Shown in pieces: positions 50,370-59,757 of a DNA stretch of 64,000 bases (positions are counted from its first letter, which is position 1; each line of letters begins with the position of its first letter). The notes under the pieces are model-generated. The model ran no database searches. It had not been told where the DNA came from and worked only from the letters and a program-made list of their open reading frames with translations. Source of the stretch: Kofleriaceae bacterium (GTDB lineage Bacteria; Myxococcota_A; Polyangia; Haliangiales; Haliangiaceae); NCBI GenBank assembly GCA_965215005.1, contig CBDCCZ010000044.1:110522-174521 (forward strand). The letters are read 5' to 3'. A program made the position numbers and the translations under genes.

Positions 50370-51356
50370 GTGAGCTCTTCAAGAGAATCCTCCGAGCGTG
50401 AGCGTCAAGATGCGGCTGCTGACGATGAGCAGGCGACCGAGAGAGGGGAGCCTGCGCCTACCTCTGGGCGCGCCGTTGCCGACTTCTTCTCGACCGATGA
50501 AATCTTTCATCGCATCGTTGCCACCGCACGCGAGGAGTTCAGCCGCTCGAACCGGCTCTTGTTCCTCAGTGGACTCGCCGCGGGGCTGTCACTCGGTTTG
50601 TCGTTTGTAGGCGTTGCCGTGGTTGAAGGGAAGTTGGCAGCGCTGGAGACGCGTGCGCTGGTGGCAAACCTGTTTTATCCGCTCGGGTTCTTGTTGGTCG
50701 TGGGCGGGCGATACCAGCTGTTCACTGAGAACACGATCACGCCGGTGACGTTGGTGTTGACGCGTATCGCCAGCGTTCCGGTGCTGCTGCGCATTTGGCT
50801 GGTGGTGTTCTTGGCCAACCTCATCGGCGCTGCTGGCGTTGCTCTCGTGCTCGCCTACACCGGTCTTCTTTCTGCAGAGTCAGTGGCGATGGCTCGCGAC
50901 ATCGCCGTCAAGAGTCTGGAGCCGAGTTGGAGCGCGTTGTTCTGGAAGGGCATATTCGCCGGCTGGCTCATCGCATCGATCGTCTGGCTGTCGCATTCCG
51001 CCAAGCAATCGACCACCCGCTTCTTCATCGTCTTCGTCATCACCTACGCGATTCCCACCCTCGAGTTTGCCCACTGCATCGTTGGCGCCAGCGAGCTCGT
51101 GTACGGGCTCCTCATGGGAGACTTAGGAGTGGCATACGGGCTCGAGAAGTACAGCGCCGTGGTGCTAGGCAACACGCTGGGAGGCGTGCTCCTGGTCGCT
51201 ATTCTCAATTACGCGCAGACTCGCGCCGGAGAGGCCTTCGTCGATGGCGACGAGCCGCTGCTTCTAACGTGGCGTGAGTGGTTGCTCGGGCGTCACCTCA
51301 GCCCCGGTCCTACGCGTCCCCCGCCCGCACGCGAGGACCAAGACAACGGGGCGTGA
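50370..51356 (+). CDS. Formate/nitrite transporter (FNT, YfdC-like) channel
   Basis: SGLAAGLS, QLFTENT, ANLIG, AGWLIA..VW, HCIVG, LGNTLGG. Confidence 0.9.
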   Translation: MSSSRESSERERQDAAADDEQATERGEPAPTSGRAVADFFSTDEIFHRIVATAREEFSRSNRLLFLSGLAAGLSLGLSFVGVAVVEGKLAALETRALVANLFYPLGFLLVVGGRYQLFTENTITPVTLVLTRIASVPVLLRIWLVVFLANLIGAAGVALVLAYTGLLSAESVAMARDIAVKSLEPSWSALFWKGIFAGWLIASIVWLSHSAKQSTTRFFIVFVITYAIPTLEFAHCIVGASELVYGLLMGDLGVAYGLEKYSAVVLGNTLGGVLLVAILNYAQTRAGEAFVDGDEPLLLTWREWLLGRHLSPGPTRPPPAREDQDNGA

Positions 51357-51367
51357 GGCTGCCTTTC

Positions 51368-54298
51368 TTACTCCGCGCTGCGACGGCGGCGCGCTAGGAA
51401 CAGCAGCACTGCCAGGGCGAGCGCTGCAGCAGAGCCGCCAGAGCCGCCATTGGCATCGCAGCAGCCGCCGCTGGGGGTATCGAGGTTCGGATCGAGGCAG
51501 TTGGCCGGGCAGGTCTGGTCGTCCATGCGGTTGCCGTCGTCGCACGACTCGCCGGTATCGAGCACGCCGTCGCCGCACGCCGCGAGTCTGCAGTTGGTTC
51601 GACAGCTGTCGACGGCGCTGTTATCGTTGCCGTCGCCGTCGTCGCACTGCTCCGCGCCGCTGAGCTCACCGTCTCCACAGATAGACCGTGGATTGGCGAC
51701 GACGCAGAAGTCATCGATGGTCCAGCCGCCGAACTCGAGGCCTGGGTCGCTGGTGAGCTCGAGCTTTACCCGTAGCGAGCCGGTAGCAACGTGCTCACTC
51801 ACGGGGACGTCATGAAATTGCCACTCACCATCGAGGTGATGAACCGAGCTGGAGTCGCCCTGGTTGGAATCGAAGTTCTGCCATGCGACCTCATCGTTGG
51901 CATAGATAGACGCCTGATCGAAGAAGCCGTCCTCGACCTCGAGCCAGCGGTAGTACTGAACGTGTACATCGGAGTAGTTGCCAACATCGATGGCCGGCGA
52001 CTCCACCCAACTGCTCTCATCGGGGTTGTAAAAGCCATCCCCGCTCAAGTCATTGCCAAAGACGCTCATGCCCGATACGGCCGCAGCGGGATCGCCACCG
52101 GCCGCCGTGGGAGGACCCCACTCCCAGTCGCCCACGCCGTCACCCGTGTGGCCTTGGGTCCAACCGCTGGCGAACGGGTCGGTCTCGAAGTCGGTACAAT
52201 AGAGCTCCACCAGCTCGCCCACGTAATACTCATAGTATTGATCGGCTTGATTGGCGGGGTAGACGCGAGTCCATCCCTCCCGATGCTGTAGCTCCACCTG
52301 GTACTCGATGACACTTCCGTCGACCTCGGCGGGCAAGGTGCCCTCGAACGTTGCCGAGCCGGGGCTGGTTTCCGCCAGATCGATGATCTGCGAATCGTCG
52401 TCTCCCCGCACCCGCCAACGCACCCGCGCAGCGGTGATGGTGTCGTCGGGACAGACGGTAGTGAGACCCGACACCGAAGCGGCGAAGGCCAAACCGTCAG
52501 CGCTCACCGATTCCACCGACAACGGGGTGAGCTCGGCCTGGAGATCGCGCAGCCCATGGATGCCGAATGCTTGGTTGATAAGACAAATATTGGGCGTGCC
52601 GTTGGACAAGTCGCCATCGTCATCGTCGGCCGCAAGGATTTCTGCGTAGGTGGCAGGGATGTTGGCGGCTCGCTGCACTGCCGCGTAAAACAGCCGATTG
52701 GCCAGCACGACCGCCTCGTCGTACCCGAGCTTTTCGATGAGAAGCTTGCGCAGGTCCCACATCGCGCCGGCGAAGATGAGACCTGTATAGTGAATCTCGC
52801 CGATATCGTTTGGCCAGACGTGCTCTCCGCCGGTTGGCCCATCGATGGGATCGATGTGGCGCAGCGGCTCGTCGTCATAGAAGAACCCGCGTCCCATGCC
52901 CGGATCTTCGGTGATAGAAGCAGCCAAGTAGTCGGCAAGACCTTCGCTGAAGGCGCCATCGAAGGTGCCGCTGCCTTCGATGATCGACTGCGCATGCATG
53001 GAGTGTCCGAATTCGTGATAGACGACATCGGCCATGCGGCCAGTATTCTGGCAGCGCTCGCCGGAACGGAAGAAGTTGATCGTTTCGCCATCGGAGAACG
53101 CATTGCACTCATCGTCGATGTTGACGTTGGCGCGCAGCTTGGCGTCGAGAAACGCCAATCCGGGGGCAAAGGTGCGCACGTACTCTTTTGCGATGACCGA
53201 GTGGATGTAGGTATTGAGCTGGGCCTCGGTCGGATCGTCGGCGCGTGCATCCCATATCAGAGTCCCTCCGGGCGCGAGCTCGAAGGTCGCAGAGGCAATT
53301 GTCTTCGTGGCATCCAGCACCTCGACGAGCGGCCCGGTTACACCGGTGACCACAGACACTGGCGCTTCGGTGGGCCAGGTGAGGAGTCCATCCGAGCTCG
53401 TCACTTGCTTGACGCCATCGACCGTGACTTCCGCGTTGCGGGCTAAATAGTCATCATAGGCGCCGCCTGGATGCCGAACGGGAACCTTGTAGCGCACCTC
53501 CCCGGTGGCGAAGCGCAGCGTCTGCTCGCGCGCGACGGCGGCACCGCTCGCAGCATCGACATACACCTGCCAGCGACCAATGGGCTCACGCGCGCGAACG
53601 CCGGTGCGCATGACCGTGCGATAGCCGCGGAGCCCCGCCTCATCGATGAGCGGCAGGATGAAGGGTCCCTCGACGGCCCCGGCCTCGGCGCCCGCCGCGT
53701 CTTTCGCGATCCACTGCGTTGCCGCTCGCCGCGCGGTTGCCGAGGGCACTGCGAGCCGAGCGCGCCGCACGGTGACGTGCGGAAGGGCTTCCGAGCCAAT
53801 CACGAACAGTCGGTCGTTCTTGAACCGAAAGCTCACTTGGCCCCCGATCACCCGCATGCCTTGATGGAATTGGTAGAAGCCGACGGTGCGCATATCGCCG
53901 TCGAAGTGGTTGGACACCACCTGGAAGTCGTCGGCGGAGGCGCCCGGCGCGAGCAGCTCGAGATGATCGCGCAGCACCACGCGCGCATATGCCTCGGCGA
54001 GGGTGGCCGAGCTAACACTGCCCGGCAGGTAGATGCCTGGACCGAGGAGGCGGCTTGGAACGCCCGTGGCCGCATCCCACGATGCCGTCCACGCTCCGCG
54101 TTGATCGATGAACCGTTGCCACGCCTCGCGAGCGCGCGCGGGCACCACGCTGGTGAGGGCGGGCGCGCTGCGCACGGCGGCGCCGCTTGCGAGCTGCAGG
54201 CCCGCGTGAGACCGCGCATTGCCGACATAGGCGGCGGCGTCGGCGGCGCCGACGGTGAGCGTCGCTGCGCCGAGAGCGGCGAGGAGGAGGCGATTCAT
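51368..54298 (-). CDS. Secreted M4/M36-like zinc metalloprotease with propeptide, myxobacterial Cys-rich repeats and MYXO-CTERM anchor
   Basis: CNAF, DVVYHEFGH, FSEGLADY, GEIHYTG; CGDG..EQCDDG repeats; GGCC..LALAVLLFLARRRR; start ATG 54298. Confidence 0.88.
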   Translation of the reverse strand: MNRLLLAALGAATLTVGAADAAAYVGNARSHAGLQLASGAAVRSAPALTSVVPARAREAWQRFIDQRGAWTASWDAATGVPSRLLGPGIYLPGSVSSATLAEAYARVVLRDHLELLAPGASADDFQVVSNHFDGDMRTVGFYQFHQGMRVIGGQVSFRFKNDRLFVIGSEALPHVTVRRARLAVPSATARRAATQWIAKDAAGAEAGAVEGPFILPLIDEAGLRGYRTVMRTGVRAREPIGRWQVYVDAASGAAVAREQTLRFATGEVRYKVPVRHPGGAYDDYLARNAEVTVDGVKQVTSSDGLLTWPTEAPVSVVTGVTGPLVEVLDATKTIASATFELAPGGTLIWDARADDPTEAQLNTYIHSVIAKEYVRTFAPGLAFLDAKLRANVNIDDECNAFSDGETINFFRSGERCQNTGRMADVVYHEFGHSMHAQSIIEGSGTFDGAFSEGLADYLAASITEDPGMGRGFFYDDEPLRHIDPIDGPTGGEHVWPNDIGEIHYTGLIFAGAMWDLRKLLIEKLGYDEAVVLANRLFYAAVQRAANIPATYAEILAADDDDGDLSNGTPNICLINQAFGIHGLRDLQAELTPLSVESVSADGLAFAASVSGLTTVCPDDTITAARVRWRVRGDDDSQIIDLAETSPGSATFEGTLPAEVDGSVIEYQVELQHREGWTRVYPANQADQYYEYYVGELVELYCTDFETDPFASGWTQGHTGDGVGDWEWGPPTAAGGDPAAAVSGMSVFGNDLSGDGFYNPDESSWVESPAIDVGNYSDVHVQYYRWLEVEDGFFDQASIYANDEVAWQNFDSNQGDSSSVHHLDGEWQFHDVPVSEHVATGSLRVKLELTSDPGLEFGGWTIDDFCVVANPRSICGDGELSGAEQCDDGDGNDNSAVDSCRTNCRLAACGDGVLDTGESCDDGNRMDDQTCPANCLDPNLDTPSGGCCDANGGSGGSAAALALAVLLFLARRRRSAE

Positions 54299-54538
54299 CA
54301 GCGGGTACCTTTGGTGAGCCGGCGTCGTCCAAGCGGGACTCTCCTTTGTTGCAGACGCTCGATGGTCTGGCAATCGTCGGATGCATGGGCGGGTCGTTTG
54401 CCGGGCAGTCGGCTTGCTGTGGGAGCCTTGGCGCACTACACCTGGGACAGCGCGAGCTCGCGCTGTAACCCGCGGATGACGCAGAGCGTCGCCGCCGACC
54501 GGGGGGGCGCTAATCGCTTCCGCAGAAACGGAGGCTCG

Positions 54539-55417
54539 ATGAGCTCCAATGGAACCAGCGGCCGGCTGCCCGGCGCGCTCAAGATCGATGGCAAGCTTGC
54601 CGGCGCTGGTGCGCTGCTCGCGGTGCTGCTCGTCGTGGGATTCGGGGTGGCGCACGCCGGCTGCGTCAACTTGCACACGCCACCCGGCCACGAGGGATAT
54701 CTGCGCTCCCAACCCTACTTTGGCGAAGCCAGGTTCGTTGGCATTCAGCGCGGGCCCACCTCCACCGGCTTGGTGTGGCGCCAGCAAGTCGTCAACATCG
54801 ACACGCGGCCGCGGACCTTCAGCGAAGACATGGTCATTCGCACGCGGCAAGGCTCAGAGCTCAAGTTTCGCGCCCATGCGGTGGTGGGACTCAAGCAGGA
54901 CTCGGTCAAGGAAGTGGTCGAGAGGTTCGGTGGGACGGCTTGGTATGAACAAAACGTACAAAAGCAGTTTCAGTCTGAGGTGCGCGCCAAAGTCCAAAGC
55001 CTCGAGCCGTTCGAGGTCAAAAACCAATCTGTAGAGATTGCAGACGAAGTGCTGGCGATTATGCAGAAGCGCTATGAAGATTCTCCAGTTGACTTTCTCA
55101 GCATCAACATCGGCGATATCGAGTATCCGCGTACCATCGTTGACTCGGTGACGCGCAAATTCGTCACGTTTCAGGAAAACGAGCGCAAGGACATCGAGAA
55201 GATGATCGCCGAGGCGCAGATCGCGATCGGCATCGCGGAGGCGCGGGGGCGTTCCATGGCGCAGCGTATCGTGCGAACCACGCTCGACCCGATGTTCTTG
55301 CAGTACGAGGCGCTGCGCGCCATTGAGCAACTTTCGGGCTCGCAAAATACCACGTTCGTGGTGACTCCCTATTCTGCAAACGGCACCTCGCCCATCATCA
55401 TGAGCCTGGACAAATAA
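54539..55417 (+). CDS. SPFH (band 7/prohibitin) family protein
   Basis: N-terminal TM, TPPGHEGY, SINIGDIEYP, AEARG..LDPMFLQYEA; GGAGG RBS before ATG 54539. Confidence 0.85.
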   Translation: MSSNGTSGRLPGALKIDGKLAGAGALLAVLLVVGFGVAHAGCVNLHTPPGHEGYLRSQPYFGEARFVGIQRGPTSTGLVWRQQVVNIDTRPRTFSEDMVIRTRQGSELKFRAHAVVGLKQDSVKEVVERFGGTAWYEQNVQKQFQSEVRAKVQSLEPFEVKNQSVEIADEVLAIMQKRYEDSPVDFLSINIGDIEYPRTIVDSVTRKFVTFQENERKDIEKMIAEAQIAIGIAEARGRSMAQRIVRTTLDPMFLQYEALRAIEQLSGSQNTTFVVTPYSANGTSPIIMSLDK

Positions 55418-55425
55418 GGACGATC

Positions 55426-56547
55426 ATGCGCGCACGAGCTGCATTCTTGATTGCTGCGTCTTTGACGCTTGGCGCATGCACCAATCCCGAGGTGCCCGCA
55501 GGCTATGAGGGGTACGTCTATCACGTGCCGCTGGTGTTCGGAGAAATGGAGTATCGCGATGCGCTGCGTGGTCCTGCCTCGACCGGATTGTCGTGGCGGC
55601 TGTTCGTCGACACCATCGACATGCGCGAACGCAACTTCCCCGAACAGTTCGAGCTGCTATCGAGCGACGACCTCAAGGTGCAGTTCGAGGTCAACACGCG
55701 CGTGCGGCTGCGGCCTGGGTCGGTGAGGAAAGTCGTCGAGGAGTGGGGTGGGGAGAGCTGGTATGACTGGCGAGTCAAAGAGCCTTTGCGCACCGTGGTC
55801 CGCAAAGAGGTCATGAAAGTGTCGGCTACGCAGATTCAGCTCAAGACCGACGCGGTCGCCAAGCTGATCAAGCGCCAGCTCGAGAAGCTCTATGGCGATA
55901 CGCCGGTGGAAATTCTCAGTGTCGACATTGGCCAATTCGAGTTTCCCAAAGAGGTAACGCAGGCAATTCAAGAGAAGATTGCCAAGCAGCAGGAGCTCGA
56001 GCGGCAGCAGTACATCTTGGCCAAGACCGAGAAGGAAGCCGAGATTCACGTGCTGGAAGCGCTGCGCGTCGCGGAGCAGCAGAAGATCATCGGCGAAACG
56101 CTCGATCCTCTATACGTTCAGCGGCAGGCGGTGCAGGTGTATCGCCAGCTGGCCGAGTCGCCCAATCGCACGGTGATGGTGCTGCCGAGCACCGACGACG
56201 GCACCGCCCTACCGCTGGTGAAGTCGAGCGGCAAGCGCCGGCCGATTTCAGCCGCCGACGCCGCGTTCCTTGCCGAGGTGCGCGAGAAATATCTCGGCAA
56301 TTCCGAGATCCCCGAAGCGATTGCACCTAGCATTCCCGCTGTCAGCCCCGGCGGCCTCGCGGGCCCAGAAGCCGCGGCTCCCAAGGACCCCGCGGCAGCG
56401 AACGCCGCTGAGAGCTCGGACGCAACGGCGCCAAGTGCAACGCCGCTCGACGATGCCGCTAGCGAGGCGCCGCCCGCAGAGCAGGCAGTCCCGCGCAAGT
56501 CCACCAAGCCGGGCAAGCCCACCAAGCCCGAGCCTGCAGCGCGCTGA
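55426..56547 (+). CDS. SPFH family lipoprotein with low-complexity tail
   Basis: Lipobox LGAC, VPAGYEGY, LSSDDLKV, SVDIGQFEFP.EV..AIQEK; paralogue of the upstream gene. Confidence 0.87.
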   Translation: MRARAAFLIAASLTLGACTNPEVPAGYEGYVYHVPLVFGEMEYRDALRGPASTGLSWRLFVDTIDMRERNFPEQFELLSSDDLKVQFEVNTRVRLRPGSVRKVVEEWGGESWYDWRVKEPLRTVVRKEVMKVSATQIQLKTDAVAKLIKRQLEKLYGDTPVEILSVDIGQFEFPKEVTQAIQEKIAKQQELERQQYILAKTEKEAEIHVLEALRVAEQQKIIGETLDPLYVQRQAVQVYRQLAESPNRTVMVLPSTDDGTALPLVKSSGKRRPISAADAAFLAEVREKYLGNSEIPEAIAPSIPAVSPGGLAGPEAAAPKDPAAANAAESSDATAPSATPLDDAASEAPPAEQAVPRKSTKPGKPTKPEPAAR

Positions 56548-56622
56548 ACCAGAGACTCCAGGACTCCAGAGACTCCAGGCGAGCGCCCCTCAAGACGTCC
56601 AAACAACCATCCACCGTGGCAT

Positions 56623-57410
56623 AGCCGGACGCAGCCCGTGCGGTCGAACGCGGGGGCCTCTCGCCGAGCTCGCGCCAAAGGCGCGACGCAAGCGGCGAGC
56701 GGAGCGCCGCCGTGCCGCCGGGCCAAAGGCCCGCCGGCGTAACGGCGCGTCCCCCGCGGCACGATTGCACGGGCGGAGTCCCACGGGCTCCGCGATTCCG
56801 GCGGGATACAGCCCGTGCGGTGGAATGCGGGGCCTCTCGCCGTTGCACGGGCGGAGTCCAGTCGCTAACCCCCCGGGCCCAGCGATTCAGCCGGACGCAG
56901 CCCGTGCGGTCGAACGCGGGGGCCTCTCGCCGAGCTCGCGCCAAAGGCGCGATGCAAGCGGCGAGCGGAGCGCCGCCGTGCCGCCGGGCCAAAGGCCCGC
57001 CGGCGTAACGGCGCGTCCCCCGCGGCACGATTGCACGGGCGGAGTCCAGTCGCTAACCCCCCGGGCCCAGCGATTCAGCCGGACGCAGCCCGTGCGGTCG
57101 AACGCGGGGCCTCTCGCCGTTGCACGGGCGGAGTCCAGTCGCTAACCCCCCGGGCCCAGCGATTCAGCCGGACGCAGCCCGTGCGGTCGAACGCGGGGGC
57201 CTCTCGCCGTGCTCGCGCCAAAGGCGCGACGCAAGCGGCGAGCGGAGCGCCGCCGTGCCGCCGGGCCAAAGGCCCGCCGGCGTAACGGCGCGTCCCCCGC
57301 GGCACGATTGCACGGGCGGAGTCCGGCGGGCTCCGCGATTCCGGCAGGCCGCAGCCCGTGCGGTCGTACGCGCGTCCCCCGCGGCACGATTGCACGGGCG
57401 GAGTCCGGCA
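56623..57410. repeat. Modular palindromic repeat array (REP/BIME-like)
   Basis: Six TTGCACGGGCGGAGTCC units alternate with six GGACGCAGCCCGTGCGGT-type counter-units; three ~120-bp branched modules; lies between convergent genes. Confidence 0.92.
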
Positions 57411-57426
57411 GGCAGCGACCTCCCCC

Positions 57427-58455
57427 TCAGCCGCTGCCGGCGACCGAGTCGAAGGCGGCAGTGGCCAGGGCGGTGAGCTCATCGCGTTGAGCGGCGACGG
57501 AGCGGCCGAGGGCGAGCTGACCGCGGCCGCGGACGAGGTTGTGCTCGACGCGGCTCGAGAAGCGCTGCGGATCCCAGCCGAAGTAGCGATCTTCGAAGGC
57601 ATCGAGGCAAAAGCGCGCGGCAAGCTCGATGCATACGGTCTCGAGGCCTCCGATGGTGCTCGACTGCTCGGCGGCGGTGAGTAGTCCGTGGGTGCCTTCG
57701 GCGTAGCCGCGGAGAGCGGCGTGAACTATCGCCAAATCGATCTCTGGCGCGACGACATCTTCTCCGTGCGGGTTGCCCCACGAGCGCAGCGCATCGCCAA
57801 GCTCATAGGCGATGGTTTGCCGGCCCAGGGTGTCGAGGTCGACGAGGCAACGGGCACGCCTTGGGTCACTCGACTCAAACAAGATGTTGGAGATCTTGAG
57901 GTCGCCGTGGGTGTGGCGCTGCGGCGCTGGGGGCAGCGGCGGCAACGCCTTGGCTGCATCGAGAATGTCTCGAGCCAGCGCGGTTGCGGCATGACCGCTC
58001 GCGGCGGCCGCATCCAAGCGCGCGAGATGCGCCGCGGTATCGTGAACGCCGGCGCGAGTGAACGCATACGCGTGCTCGAGGCTCGCGACCGCGCGGTGGA
58101 ACTGGCCAACTAACGTACCAGCGGCAAAGGCGCGCGCCGGCGAGTCGACTTTGTGAATCGTGTCGCCGGCAATGAAGGTCAGCGCTCGCCACGTGCCGCC
58201 GCCCTCCTGGTGCCATGCTGCGCCGGCGAGGGTGCGGATGAGCCGTGGCGTTTCGAGGCCAGCACGCGCGAGATGCTCGGTAACCGCCTCGATGTCGAGA
58301 TTGACCTCGGCGCCAAAGATCGGGTGCAAACGCTGCAAGACTGCCGGCGTGCCCTCCGAGTCGCGGCTCAAGTACGTCTGGTTGATGAGCCCGCCGGCCA
58401 ACGGCTCCGCAGAGGCGAAGCCGAAAGCACGAAGCACTGAGGCCGAAACGGTCAC
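57427..58455 (-). CDS. Aminoglycoside-phosphotransferase/choline-kinase-fold kinase (possibly an amino-sugar kinase)
   Basis: GGLINQTY, VLQRL, HGDLKISNILF, LVDLDT, ELGDALRSW. Confidence 0.85.
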   Translation of the reverse strand: MTVSASVLRAFGFASAEPLAGGLINQTYLSRDSEGTPAVLQRLHPIFGAEVNLDIEAVTEHLARAGLETPRLIRTLAGAAWHQEGGGTWRALTFIAGDTIHKVDSPARAFAAGTLVGQFHRAVASLEHAYAFTRAGVHDTAAHLARLDAAAASGHAATALARDILDAAKALPPLPPAPQRHTHGDLKISNILFESSDPRRARCLVDLDTLGRQTIAYELGDALRSWGNPHGEDVVAPEIDLAIVHAALRGYAEGTHGLLTAAEQSSTIGGLETVCIELAARFCLDAFEDRYFGWDPQRFSSRVEHNLVRGRGQLALGRSVAAQRDELTALATAAFDSVAGSG

Positions 58456-59747
58456 TCGGTTGGGGCGACAGGATTGGGCGGCTGGCCGCTGCTCATGATG
58501 TCGAGAAGCTCGACATCGAACACCAGCATGCCCTGCGGACGGCCCGGCGCGCCCTTATAGGCCATTTCCTCGGGAATCCAGATGCGCCACTTGGCGCCTT
58601 TCTTCATCTGCTGCAGCGCATCGGTCCAACCCGGTATCACGCCGCCCACTGGAAATTCTGCCGGCTCACCGCGAACCACGGAGCTATCGAACATCTTGCC
58701 GTCGGTCGTCCAGCCGGTGTAGTGCACGCGCACGCGGTCGCTCTTGGTCGGGCTTGTGTCGCCTTTGCCCTCTTCGAGCACCTTGTACGAAACACCCGCC
58801 TCGGTCTTCTTGGCGTCTTTGGGTGGCGTCGCGACGCTCTTGGGAACCGGTGGTGGCTCCGTCTGCTTCTTGATCTCGACGAGCTCGATCTCGTAAACAG
58901 CCATGCCTTCGGGCATCGCCGGGTTCTTGTCCGCCAGCTCGGGCGGCACCCATAGCCGCTTGACCTCGCCCTTGGTCATGGTCACGAGCGCCTCTTGCCA
59001 TCCCGGCATCACGCGGAACACCGGGGCATTGACCGGACGGCCGCGGGCGCTGGTGGAATCGAACATCTCGCCTTCGGTGGTCCAGCCGGTGTAGTTGATG
59101 AGCACTTCGTCGAATGGCCGCGGCTTATCGCCACCGCTGCCCTTCTTTATGGTCTTCATCGCGAGCCCAGACTTGGTCTTTTTGGCGTCGGCCGGCGCGG
59201 CCGCGACGTCCTCGGGCACCGGCGGCGCTTTCTGAATGTCGACCAGCTCCACCTCGAAGACCAAGTCTTCCTTTGGACCCGGCCGATTCTGCAAGTAGGC
59301 GAGCTCGGCGGGCAGCCACAAGCGGCGCTTTTCGCCCACCGTCATCATCTGCAGCGCTTCGCTCCAACCTGGAGCGGTCTGCGCCAAGCTCATCGGCTGC
59401 GGCTGGCCGCGCGTGGCCGTGGTGTAGACCATCTCGCCGCTGGGTTTCCAGCCTGTGTAATGCACGATTACCGTGTCGTTCTTGCCAGGACTCTCGCCGC
59501 CTTTGCCCGGCGTGAGGACTTTATAGGCAAGGCCCGACTCGGTCTTCTGGGCATCGGCGGGCGCCGCGGCGACATCGGCCGGAGCTGGCACTGGCGCTTG
59601 CTCATGTGGATTGGGCGGCGGCGTTTCGGCCTTTATCTCAGCCTCGTCGGCCGCGGGTTCTTTGTCGACTTCTTTGCCCTTTTGACAGGCTACCTGGCCG
59701 ACCGCGGCAGCGAGCACAGCAAACAACATCGCTAGGTGACGAATCAT
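58452..59747 (-). CDS. FKBP-type peptidyl-prolyl isomerase lipoprotein with three FKBP domains
   Basis: Three repeats of SGL.Y..G.G..P...D.V..(H/N)YTGW..PGW.EALQ.M..W.P..AY; lipobox QVAC. Confidence 0.93.
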   Translation of the reverse strand: MIRHLAMLFAVLAAAVGQVACQKGKEVDKEPAADEAEIKAETPPPNPHEQAPVPAPADVAAAPADAQKTESGLAYKVLTPGKGGESPGKNDTVIVHYTGWKPSGEMVYTTATRGQPQPMSLAQTAPGWSEALQMMTVGEKRRLWLPAELAYLQNRPGPKEDLVFEVELVDIQKAPPVPEDVAAAPADAKKTKSGLAMKTIKKGSGGDKPRPFDEVLINYTGWTTEGEMFDSTSARGRPVNAPVFRVMPGWQEALVTMTKGEVKRLWVPPELADKNPAMPEGMAVYEIELVEIKKQTEPPPVPKSVATPPKDAKKTEAGVSYKVLEEGKGDTSPTKSDRVRVHYTGWTTDGKMFDSSVVRGEPAEFPVGGVIPGWTDALQQMKKGAKWRIWIPEEMAYKGAPGRPQGMLVFDVELLDIMSSGQPPNPVAPTE

Positions 59748-59757
59748 GGGGCGAAAT

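Noticed and set aside
53471..54850. Overlapping N-terminal extensions of the 648-aa SPFH and 1160-aa protease ORFs
   Set aside because: Mutual antisense shadows; credible starts are 54539 (RBS) and 54298 (signal peptide)
56645..56764. Resemblance to parvoviral T-shaped ITR hairpins
   Set aside because: Only shape and AAA loops are similar; no extended identity recognised and no Rep gene
56623..57410. CRISPR array
   Set aside because: Spacers are reused rather than unique and vary widely in length, units alternate in orientation, and no cas genes are present
56118..57623. ORFs within the repeat array
   Set aside because: Repetitive translations in all frames with no protein-like composition
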